Shown here piece by piece: positions 12,900-25,000 of a DNA stretch of 64,000 nt. The position numbers and the translations under genes were made by a program. The stretch is taken from NCBI RefSeq assembly GCF_009914755.1, contig NC_060934.1; one strand, given 5' to 3'. Under the pieces are notes generated by a model. It did not search any database. It was not told the DNA's origin and saw only the letters and a list, made by a program, of their open reading frames with translations. The number at the start of each line of letters is the position of its first letter. The first letter of the stretch is position 1. Source of the DNA: the human T2T-CHM13v2.0 reference genome, Homo sapiens.

Positions 12900-15275
12900 T
12901 CAACTCACAGAGTTTAACCTTTCTTTTCATAGAGCAGTTTGGAAACACTCTGTTTGTAAAGCCTGCAAGTGCTTTTTTGGACTTCATTGAGGCCTTCGTT
13001 GGAAACGGGATTTCTTCATATAATGCTAGACAGAAGAATTCTCAGTCACTTCTTTGTGTTGTGTGTATTCAAGTCACAGAGTTGAACCTTCCTTTAGACA
13101 GAGCAGTTTTGAAAAATTCTTTCTGTGGAGTTTGCAAGTGGAGATTTCAAGCGATTTGAGGCTAATCTTTGAAATGGAAATATCTTCGTGTAAAAACTAC
13201 ACAGAATCATTCTCAGAAACTGCTTTGTCATCTGTGCGTTCAGTTCACAGAGTTTCACCTTTCTCTTCATAGAGCAGTTTGGAAAGACTCTGTCTGTAAA
13301 GTCTGCAAGTGATTAGTTAGACCCCTTTGAGGCCTTCGTTGGAAGCGGGATTTCTCATTTACTGCTAGACAGAAGAATTCTCAGTAAATCCTTTGTGTTG
13401 TGTGTATTCAACTCACAGAGTGGAACCTTCCTTTATTCAGAGCAGTTTTGAAAAACACTTTTTGTGGAATTTGCAAGTGGAGATTTCAAGCGATTTGACG
13501 CCAATCTTAGACATGGAAATGTCTTCATATTAAAAGTACACAGAGTCATTCGTAGAAACTAGTTTGTGATGTGTGCCTTCAACTCACAGAGTTTAACCTT
13601 TCTTTTCATAGAGCAGTTGGGAAACACTCTATTTGTAAAGTCTGCAAGTGGATATTTGGACCTCTTTGAGGCCTTCGTTGGAAACGGGATTTCTTCATAT
13701 AACGCTAGACAGAAGAATTCTCAGTAACTTCTTTGTGTTGTGTGTATTCAACTCACAGAGTTGAACCTTTCTTTAGAGGGAGCAGAGGTGAAACACTCTT
13801 TTTGTGGAATTTGCTAGTGTAGATTTCAAACGCTTCGAAGACAGTGATAGAAAAGGATATATCTTCGTATTAAAAGTAGACAAAATCATTCTCAGAATAC
13901 TCTTTGTGATGTGTGTGTTCAACTCACAGAGTTTAACCTTTCTTTAATCGAGCAGTTTGGAAATACACTCTTTGTAATTCTGCAGGTGGATATTTGGCCC
14001 TCTTTGAGCCCTTCGTTGGAAACGGGATTTCCTCATATAATGCTAGACAGAAGAATTCTCAGTAACTTCTTTGTGTTGTTTGTATTCAACACACAGATTT
14101 GAACCTTCCTTTAGAGAGAGCAGATTTGAAACACTCTGTTTTTGGAATTTGCAAGTGCAGATTTCAAGCGCTTCTAGGCCTATGGCAGAAAAGGAAATAT
14201 CTTCGTATAAAAACTACACAGAATCATTCTCAACAACTACTTTGTGATGTGTGCGTTCAACTCACAGAGTTTAACCTTTCTTTTCATAGAGCAGTTTGGA
14301 AACACTCTGTTTGTAAAGCCTGCAAGTGCTTTTTTGGACTTCATTGAGGCCTTCGTTGGAAACGGGATTTCTTCATATAATGCTAGACAGAAGAATTCTC
14401 AGTCACTTCTTTGTGTTGTGTGTATTCAAGTCACAGAGTTGAACCTTCCTTTAGACAGAGCAGTTTTGAAAAATTCTTTCTGTGGAGTTTGCAAGTGGAG
14501 ATTTCAAGCGATTTGAGGCTAATCTTTGAAATGGAAATATCTTCGTGTAAAAACTACACAGAATCATTCTCAGAAACTGCTTTGTCATCTGTGCGTTCAG
14601 TTCACAGAGTTTCACCTTTCTCTTCATAGAGCAGTTTGGAAAGACTCTGTCTGTAAAGTCTGCAAGTGATTAGTTAGACCCCTTTGAGGCCTTCGTTGGA
14701 AGCGGGATTTCTCATTTACTGCTAGACAGAAGAATTCTCAGTAAATCCTTTGTGTTGTGTGTATTCAACTCACAGAGTGGAACCTTCCTTTATTCAGAGC
14801 AGTTTTGAAAAACACTTTTTGTGGAATTTGCAAGTGGAGATTTCAAGCGATTTGACGCCAATCTTAGACATGGAAATATCTTCATATTAAAAGTACACAG
14901 AGTCATTCGTAGAAACTAGTTTGTGATGTGTGCCTTCAACTCACAGAGTTTAACCTTTCTTTTCATAGAGCAGTTTGGAAACACTCTATTTGTAAAGTCT
15001 GCAAGTGGATATTTGGACCTCTTTGAGGCCTTCGTTGGAAACGGGATTTCTTCATACAACGCTAGACAGAAGAATTCTCAGTAACTTCTTTGTGTTGTGT
15101 GTATTCAACTCACAGAGTTGAACCTTTCTTTAGAGAGAGCAGAGTTGAAACACTCTGTTTTTGGAATTTGCAAGTGCAGATTTCAAGCGATTCTAGGCCT
15201 ATGGCAGAAAAGGAAATATCTTCGTATAAAAACTACACAGAATCATTCTCAACAACTACTTTGTGATGTGTGCGT

Positions 15276-18200
15276 TCAACTCACAGAGTTTAACCTTTCT
15301 TTTCATAGAGCAGTTTGGAAACACTCTGTTTGTAAAGCCTGCAAGTGCTTTTTTGGACTTCATTGAGGCCTTCGTTGGAAACGGGATTTCTTCATATAAT
15401 GCTAGACAGAAGAATTCTCAGTCACTTCTTTGTGTTGTGTGTATTCAAGTCACAGAGTTGAACCTTCCTTTAGACAGAGCAGTTTTGAAAAATTCTTTCT
15501 GTGTAATTTGCAAGTGGAGATTTCAAGCGATTTGAGGCTAATCTTTGAAATGGAAATATCTTCGTGTAAAAACTACACAGAATCATTCTCAGAAACTGCT
15601 TTGTCATCTGTGCGTTCAGTTCACAGAGTTTCACCTTTCTCTTCATAGAGCAGTTTGGAAAGACTCTGTCTGTAAAGTCTGCAAGTGATTAGTTAGACCC
15701 CTTTGAGGCCTTCGTTGGAAGCGGGATTTCTCATTTACTGCTAGACAGAAGAATTCTCAGTAAATCCTTTGTGTTGTGTGTATTCAACTCACAGAGTGGA
15801 ACCTTCCTTTATTCAGAGCAGTTTTGAAACACTCTTTTTGTGGAATTTGCAAGTGGAGATTTCAAGCGATTTGACGCCAATCTTAGACATGGAAATATCT
15901 TCATATTAAAAGTACACAGAGTCATTCGTAGAAACTAGTTTGTGATGTGTGCCTTCAACTCACAGAGTTTAACCTTTCTTTTCATAGAGCAGTTGGGAAA
16001 CACTCTATTTGTAAAGTCTGCAAGTGGATATTTGGACCTCTTTGAGGCCTTCGTTGGAAACGGGATTTCTTCATATAACGCTAGACAGAAGAATTCTCAG
16101 TAACTTCTTTGTGTTGTGTGTATTCAACTCACAGAGTTGAACCTTTCTTTAGAGGGAGCAGAGGTGAAACACTCTTTTTGTGGAATTTGCTAGTGTAGAT
16201 TTCAAACGCTTCGAAGACAGTGATAGAAAAGGATATATCTTCGTATTAAAAGTAGACAAAATCATTCTCAGAAAACTCTTTGTGATGTGTGTGTTCAACT
16301 CACAGAGTTTAACCTTTCTTTAATCGAGCAGTTTGGAAATACACTCTTTGTAAGTCTGCAGGTGGATATTTGGCCCTCTTTGAGCCCTTCGTTGGAAACG
16401 GGATTTCCTCATATAATGCTAGACAGAAGAATTCTCAGTAACTTCTTTGTGTTGTTTGTATTCAACACACAGATTTGAACCTTCCTTTAGAGAGAGCAGA
16501 TTTGAAACACTCTGTTTTTGGAATTTGCAAGTGCAGATTTCAAGCGCTTCTAGGCCTATGGCAGAAAAGGAAATATCTTCGTATAAAAACTACACAGAAT
16601 CATTCTCAACAACTACTTTGTGATGTGTGCGTTCAACTCACAGAGTTTAACCTTTCTTTTCATAGAGCAGTTTGGAAACACTCTGTTTGTAAAGCCTGCA
16701 AGTGCTTTTTTGGACTTCATTGAGGCCTTCGTTGGAAACGGGATTTCTTCATATAATGCTAGACAGAAGAATTCTCAGTCACTTCTTTGTGTTGTGTGTA
16801 TTCAAGTCACAGAGTTGAACCTTCCTTTAGACAGAGCAGTTTTGAAAAATTCTTTCTGTGGAGTTTGCAAGTGGAGATTTCAAGCGATTTGAGGCTAATC
16901 TTTGAAATGGAAATATCTTCGTGTAAAAACTACACAGAATCATTCTCAGAAACTGCTTTGTCATCTGTGCGTTCAGTTCACAGAGTTTCACCTTTCTCTT
17001 CATAGAGCAGTTTGGAAAGACTCTGTCTGTAAAGTCTGCAAGTGATTAGTTAGACCCCTTTGAGGCCTTCGTTGGAAGCGGGATTTCTCATTTACTGCTA
17101 GACAGAAGAATTCTCAGTAAATCCTTTGTGTTGTGTGTATTCAACTCACAGAGTGGAACCTTCCTTTATTCAGAGCAGTTTTGAAAAACACTTTTTGTGG
17201 AATTTGCAAGTGGAGATTTCAAGCGATTTGATGCCAATCTTAGACATGGAAATGTCTTCATATTAAAAGTACACAGAGTCATTCGTAGAAACTAGTTTGT
17301 GATGTGTGCCTTCAACTCACAGAGTTTAACCTTTCTTTTCATAGAGCAGTTGGGAAACACTCTATTTGTAAAGTCTGCAAGTGGATATTTGGACCTCTTT
17401 GAGGCCTTCGTTGGAAACGGGATTTCTTCATATAACGCTAGACAGAAGAATTCTCAGTAACTTCTTTGTGTTGTGTGTATTCAACTCACAGAGTTGAACC
17501 TTTCTTTAGAGGGAGCAGAGGTGAAACACTCTTTTTGTGGAATTTGCTAGTGTAGATTTCAAACGCTTCGAAGACAGTGATAGAAAAGGATATATCTTCG
17601 TATTAAAAGTAGACAAAATCATTCTCAGAAAACTCTTTGTGATGTGTGTGTTCAACTCACAGAGTTTAACCTTTCTTTAATCGAGCAGTTTGGAAATACA
17701 CTCTTTGTAAGTCTGCAGGTGGATATTTGGCCCTCTTTGAGCCCTTCGTTGGAAACGGGATTTCCTCATATAATGCTAGACAGAAGAATTCTCAGTAACT
17801 TCTTTGTGTTGTTTGTATTCAACACACAGATTTGAACCTTCCTTTAGGGAGAGCAGATTTGAAACACTCTGTTTTTGGAATTTGCAAGTGCAGATTTCAA
17901 GCGCTTCTAGGCCTATGGCAGAAAAGGAAATATCTTCGTATAAAAACTACACAGAATCATTCTCAACAACTACTTTGTGATGTGTGCGTTCAACTCACAG
18001 AGTTTAACCTTTCTTTTCATAGAGCAGTTTGGAAACACTCTGTTTGTAAAGCCTGCAAGTGCTTTTTTGGACTTCATTGAGGCCTTCGTTGGAAACGGGA
18101 TTTCTTCATATAATGCTAGACAGAAGAATTCTCAGTCACTTCTTTGTGTTGTGTGTATTCAAGTCACAGAGTTGAACCTTCCTTTAGACAGAGCAGTTTT

Positions 18201-21200
18201 GAAAAATTCTTTCTGTGGAGTTTGCAAGTGGAGATTTCAAGCGATTTGAGGCTAATCTTTGAAATGGAAATATCTTCGTGTAAAAACTACACAGAATCAT
18301 TCTCAGAAACTGCTTTGTCATCTGTGCGTTCAGTTCACAGAGTTTCACCTTTCTCTTCATAGAGCAGTTTGGAAAGACTCTGTCTGTAAAGTCTGCAAGT
18401 GATTAGTTAGACCCCTTTGAGGCCTTCGTTGGAAGCGGGATTTCTCATTTACTGCTAGACAGAAGAATTCTCAGTAAATCCTTTGTGTTGTGTGTATTCA
18501 ACTCACAGAGTGGAACCTTCCTTTATTCAGAGCAGTTTTGAAACACTCTTTTTGTGGAATTTGCAAGTGGAGATTTCAAGCGATTTGACGCCAATCTTAG
18601 ACATGGAAATATCTTCATATTAAAAGTACACAGAGTCATTCGTAGAAACTAGTTTGTGATGTGTGCCTTCAACTCACAGAGTTTAACCTTTCTTTTCATA
18701 GAGCAGTTGGGAAACACTCTATTTGTAAAGTCTGCAAGTGGATATTTGGACCTCTTTGAGGCCTTCGTTGGAAACGGGATTTCTTCATATAACGCTAGAC
18801 AGAAGAATTCTCAGTAACTTCTTTGTGTTGTGTGTATTCAACTCACAGAGTTGAACCTTTCTTTAGAGGGAGCAGAGGTGAAACACTCTTTTTGTGGAAT
18901 TTGCTAGTGTAGATTTCAAACGCTTCGAAGACAGTGATAGAAAAGGATATATCTTCGTATTAAAAGTAGACAAAATCATTCTCAGAAAACTCTTTGTGAT
19001 GTGTGTGTTCAACTCACAGAGTTTAACCTTTCTTTAATCGAGCAGTTTGGAAATACACTCTTTGTAAGTCTGCAGGTGGATATTTGGCCCTCTTTGAGCC
19101 CTTCGTTGGAAACGGGATTTCCTCATATAATGCTAGACAGAAGAATTCTCAGTAACTTCTTTGTGTTGTTTGTATTCAACACACAGATTTGAACCTTCCT
19201 TTAGAGAGAGCAGATTTGAAACACTCTGTTTTTGGAATTTGCAAGTGCAGATTTCAAGCGCTTCTAGGCCTATGGCAGAAAAGGAAATATCTTCGTATAA
19301 AAACTACACAGAATCATTCTCAACAACTACTTTGTGATGTGTGCGTTCAACTCACAGAGTTTAACCTTTCTTTTCATAGAGCAGTTTGGAAACACTCTGT
19401 TTGTAAAGCCTGCAAGTGCTTTTTTGGACTTCATTGAGGCCTTCGTTGGAAACGGGATTTCTTCATATAATGCTAGACAGAAGAATTCTCAGTCACTTCT
19501 TTGTGTTGTGTGTATTCAAGTCACAGAGTTGAACCTTCCTTTAGACAGAGCAGTTTTGAAAAATTCTTTCTGTGGAGTTTGCAAGTGGAGATTTCAAGCG
19601 ATTTGAGGCTAATCTTTGAAATGGAAATATCTTCGTGTAAAAACTACACAGAATCATTCTCAGAAACTGCTTTGTCATCTGTGCGTTCAGTTCACAGAGT
19701 TTCACCTTTCTCTTCATAGAGCAGTTTGGAAAGACTCTGTCTGTAAAGTCTGCAAGTGATTAGTTAGACCCCTTTGAGGCCTTCGTTGGAAGCGGGATTT
19801 CTCATTTACTGCTAGACAGAAGAATTCTCAGTAAATCCTTTGTGTTGTGTGTATTCAACTCACAGAGTGGAACCTTCCTTTATTCAGAGCAGTTTTGAAA
19901 AACACTTTTTGTGGAATTTGCAAGTGGAGATTTCAAGCGATTTGATGCCAATCTTAGACATGGAAATGTCTTCATATTAAAAGTACACAGAGTCATTCGT
20001 AGAAACTAGTTTGTGATGTGTGCCTTCAACTCACAGAGTTTAACCTTTCTTTTCATAGAGCAGTTGGGAAACACTCTATTTGTAAAGTCTGCAAGTGGAT
20101 ATTTGGACCTCTTTGAGGCCTTCGTTGGAAACGGGATTTCTTCATATAACGCTAGACAGAAGAATTCTCAGTAACTTCTTTGTGTTGTGTGTATTCAACT
20201 CACAGAGTTGAACCTTTCTTTAGAGGGAGCAGAGGTGAAACACTCTTTTTGTGGAATTTGCTAGTGTAGATTTCAAACGCTTCGAAGACAGTGATAGAAA
20301 AGGATATATCTTCGTATTAAAAGTAGACAAAATCATTCTCAGAAAACTCTTTGTGATGTGTGTGTTCAACTCACAGAGTTTAACCTTTCTTTAATCGAGC
20401 AGTTTGGAAATACACTCTTTGTAAGTCTGCAGGTGGATATTTGGCCCTCTTTGAGCCCTTCGTTGGAAACGGGATTTCCTCATATAATGCTAGACAGAAG
20501 AATTCTCAGTAACTTCTTTGTGTTGTTTGTATTCAACACACAGATTTGAACCTTCCTTTAGGGAGAGCAGATTTGAAACACTCTGTTTTTGGAATTTGCA
20601 AGTGCAGATTTCAAGCGCTTCTAGGCCTATGGCAGAAAAGGAAATATCTTCGTATAAAAACTACACAGAATCATTCTCAACAACTACTTTGTGATGTGTG
20701 CGTTCAACTCACAGAGTTTAACCTTTCTTTTCATAGAGCAGTTTGGAAACACTCTGTTTGTAAAGCCTGCAAGTGCTTTTTTGGACTTCATTGAGGCCTT
20801 CGTTGGAAACGGGATTTCTTCATATAATGCTAGACAGAAGAATTCTCAGTCACTTCTTTGTGTTGTGTGTATTCAAGTCACAGAGTTGAACCTTCCTTTA
20901 GACAGAGCAGTTTTGAAAAATTCTTTCTGTGGAGTTTGCAAGTGGAGATTTCAAGCGATTTGAGGCTAATCTTTGAAATGGAAATATCTTCGTGTAAAAA
21001 CTACACAGAATCATTCTCAGAAACTGCTTTGTCATCTGTGCGTTCAGTTCACAGAGTTTCACCTTTCTCTTCATAGAGCAGTTTGGAAAGACTCTGTCTG
21101 TAAAGTCTGCAAGTGATTAGTTAGACCCCTTTGAGGCCTTCGTTGGAAGCGGGATTTCTCATTTACTGCTAGACAGAAGAATTCTCAGTAAATCCTTTGT

Positions 21201-22060
21201 GTTGTGTGTATTCAACTCACAGAGTGGAACCTTCCTTTATTCAGAGCAGTTTTGAAAAACACTTTTTGTGGAATTTGCAAGTGGAGATTTCAAGCGATTT
21301 GACGCCAATCTTAGACATGGAAATGTCTTCATATTAAAAGTACACAGAGTCATTCGTAGAAACTAGTTTGTGATGTGTGCCTTCAACTCACAGAGTTTAA
21401 CCTTTCTTTTCATAGAGCAGTTGGGAAACACTCTATTTGTAAAGTCTGCAAGTGGATATTTGGACCTCTTTGAGGCCTTCGTTGGAAACGGGATTTCTTC
21501 ATATAACGCTAGACAGAAGAATTCTCAGTAACTTCTTTGTGTTGTGTGTATTCAACTCACAGAGTTGAACCTTTCTTTAGAGGGAGCAGAGGTGAAACAC
21601 TCTTTTTGTGGAATTTGCTAGTGTAGATTTCAAACGCTTCGAAGACAGTGATAGAAAAGGATATATCTTCGTATTAAAAGTAGACAAAATCATTCTCAGA
21701 AAACTCTTTGTGATGTGTGTGTTCAACTCACAGAGTTTAACCTTTCTTTAATCGAGCAGTTTGGAAATACACTCTTTGTAAGTCTGCAGGTGGATATTTG
21801 GCCCTCTTTGAGCCCTTCGTTGGAAACGGGATTTCCTCATATAATGCTAGACAGAAGAATTCTCAGTAACTTCTTTGTGTTGTTTGTATTCAACACACAG
21901 ATTTGAACCTTCCTTTAGAGAGAGCAGATTTGAAACACTCTGTTTTTGGAATTTGCAAGTGCAGATTTCAAGCGCTTCTAGGCCTATGGCAGAAAAGGAA
22001 ATATCTTCGTATAAAAACTACACAGAATCATTCTCAACAACTACTTTGTGATGTGTGCGT
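15276..22060 (+). repeat. Run of five consecutive 8-mers
   Basis: 8-mer-specific ORF starts at 16287, 17644, 19001, 20358 and 21715 are each 1357 apart. Confidence 0.95.
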
Positions 22061-25000
22061 TCAACTCACAGAGTTTAACCTTTCTTTTCATAGAGCAGTT
22101 TGGAAACACTCTGTTTGTAAAGCCTGCAAGTGCTTTTTTGGACTTCATTGAGGCCTTCGTTGGAAACGGGATTTCTTCATATAATGCTAGACAGAAGAAT
22201 TCTCAGTCACTTCTTTGTGTTGTGTGTATTCAAGTCACAGAGTTGAACCTTCCTTTAGACAGAGCAGTTTTGAAAAATTCTTTCTGTGGAGTTTGCAAGT
22301 GGAGATTTCAAGCGATTTGAGGCTAATCTTTGAAATGGAAATATCTTCGTGTAAAAACTACACAGAATCATTCTCAGAAACTGCTTTGTCATCTGTGCGT
22401 TCAGTTCACAGAGTTTCACCTTTCTCTTCATAGAGCAGTTTGGAAAGACTCTGTCTGTAAAGTCTGCAAGTGATTAGTTAGACCCCTTTGAGGCCTTCGT
22501 TGGAAGTGGGATTTCTCATTTACTGCTAGACAGAAGAATTCTCAGTAAATCCTTTGTGTTGTGTGTATTCAACTCACAGAGTGGAACCTTCCTTTATTCA
22601 GAGCAGTTTTGAAAAACACTTTTTGTGGAATTTGCAAGTGGAGATTTCAAGCGATTTGACGCCAATCTTAGACATGGAAATATCTTCATATTAAAAGTAC
22701 ACAGAGTCATTCGTAGAAACTAGTTTGTGATGTGTGCCTTCAACTCACAGAGTTTAACCTTTCTTTTCATAGAGCAGTTTGGAAACACTCTATTTGTAAA
22801 GTCTGCAAGTGGATATTTGGACCTCTTTGAGGCCTTCGTTGGAAACGGGATTTCTTCATACAACGCTAGACAGAAGAATTCTCAGTAACTTCTTTGTGTT
22901 GTGTGTATTCAACTCACAGAGTTGAACCTTTCTTTAGAGAGAGCAGAGTTGAAACACTCTGTTTTTGGAATTTGCAAGTGCAGATTTCAAGCGATTCTAG
23001 GCCTATGGCAGAAAAGGAAATATCTTCGTATAAAAACTACACAGAATCATTCTCAACAACTACTTTGTGATGTGTGCGTTCAACTCACAGAGTTTAACCT
23101 TTCTTTTCATAGAGCAGTTTGGAAACACTCTGTTTGTAAAGCCTGCAAGTGCTTTTTTGGACTTCATTGAGGCCTTCGTTGGAAACGGGATTTCTTCATA
23201 TAATGCTAGACAGAAGAATTCTCAGTCACTTCTTTGTGTTGTGTGTATTCAAGTCACAGAGTTGAACCTTCCTTTAGACAGAGCAGTTTTGAAAAATTCT
23301 TTCTGTGTAATTTGCAAGTGGAGATTTCAAGCGATTTGAGGCTAATCTTTGAAATGGAAATATCTTCGTGTAAAAACTACACAGAATCATTCTCAGAAAC
23401 TGCTTTGTCATCTGTGCGTTCAGTTCACAGAGTTTCACCTTTCTCTTCATAGAGCAGTTTGGAAAGACTCTGTCTGTAAAGTCTGCAAGTGATTAGTTAG
23501 ACCCCTTTGAGGCCTTCGTTGGAAGTGGGATTTCTCATTTACTGCTAGACAGAAGAATTCTCAGTAAATCCTTTGTGTTGTGTGTATTCAACTCACAGAG
23601 TGGAACCTTCCTTTATTCAGAGCAGTTTTGAAACACTCTTTTTGTGGAATTTGCAAGTGGAGATTTCAAGCGATTTGACGCCAATCTTAGACATGGAAAT
23701 ATCTTCATATTAAAAGTACACAGAGTCATTCGTAGAAACTAGTTTGTGATGTGTGCCTTCAACTCACAGAGTTTAACCTTTCTTTTCATAGAGCAGTTGG
23801 GAAACACTCTATTTGTAAAGTCTGCAAGTGGATATTTGGACCTCTTTGAGGCCTTCGTTGGAAACGGGATTTCTTCATATAACGCTAGACAGAAGAATTC
23901 TCAGTAACTTCTTTGTGTTGTGTGTATTCAACTCACAGAGTTGAACCTTTCTTTAGAGGGAGCAGAGGTGAAACACTCTTTTTGTGGAATTTGCTAGTGT
24001 AGATTTCAAACGCTTCGAAGACAGTGATAGAAAAGGATATATCTTCGTATTAAAAGTAGACAAAATCATTCTCAGAAAACTCTTTGTGATGTGTGTGTTC
24101 AACTCACAGAGTTTAACCTTTCTTTAATCGAGCAGTTTGGAAATACACTCTTTGTAAGTCTGCAGGTGGATATTTGGCCCTCTTTGAGCCCTTCGTTGGA
24201 AACGGGATTTCCTCATATAATGCTAGACAGAAGAATTCTCAGTAACTTCTTTGTGTTGTTTGTATTCAACACACAGATTTGAACCTTCCTTTAGAGAGAG
24301 CAGATTTGAAACACTCTGTTTTTGGAATTTGCAAGTGCAGATTTCAAGCGCTTCTAGGCCTATGGCAGAAAAGGAAATATCTTCGTATAAAAACTACACA
24401 GAATCATTCTCAACAACTACTTTGTGATGTGTGCGTTCAACTCACAGAGTTTAACCTTTCTTTTCATAGAGCAGTTTGGAAACACTCTGTTTGTAAAGCC
24501 TGCAAGTGCTTTTTTGGACTTCATTGAGGCCTTCGTTGGAAACGGGATTTCTTCATATAATGCTAGACAGAAGAATTCTCAGTCACTTCTTTGTGTTGTG
24601 TGTATTCAAGTCACAGAGTTGAACCTTCCTTTAGACAGAGCAGTTTTGAAAAATTCTTTCTGTGGAGTTTGCAAGTGGAGATTTCAAGCGATTTGAGGCT
24701 AATCTTTGAAATGGAAATATCTTCGTGTAAAAACTACACAGAATCATTCTCAGAAACTGCTTTGTCATCTGTGCGTTCAGTTCACAGAGTTTCACCTTTC
24801 TCTTCATAGAGCAGTTTGGAAAGACTCTGTCTGTAAAGTCTGCAAGTGATTAGTTAGACCCCTTTGAGGCCTTCGTTGGAAGCGGGATTTCTCATTTACT
24901 GCTAGACAGAAGAATTCTCAGTAAATCCTTTGTGTTGTGTGTATTCAACTCACAGAGTGGAACCTTCCTTTATTCAGAGCAGTTTTGAAAAACACTTTTT

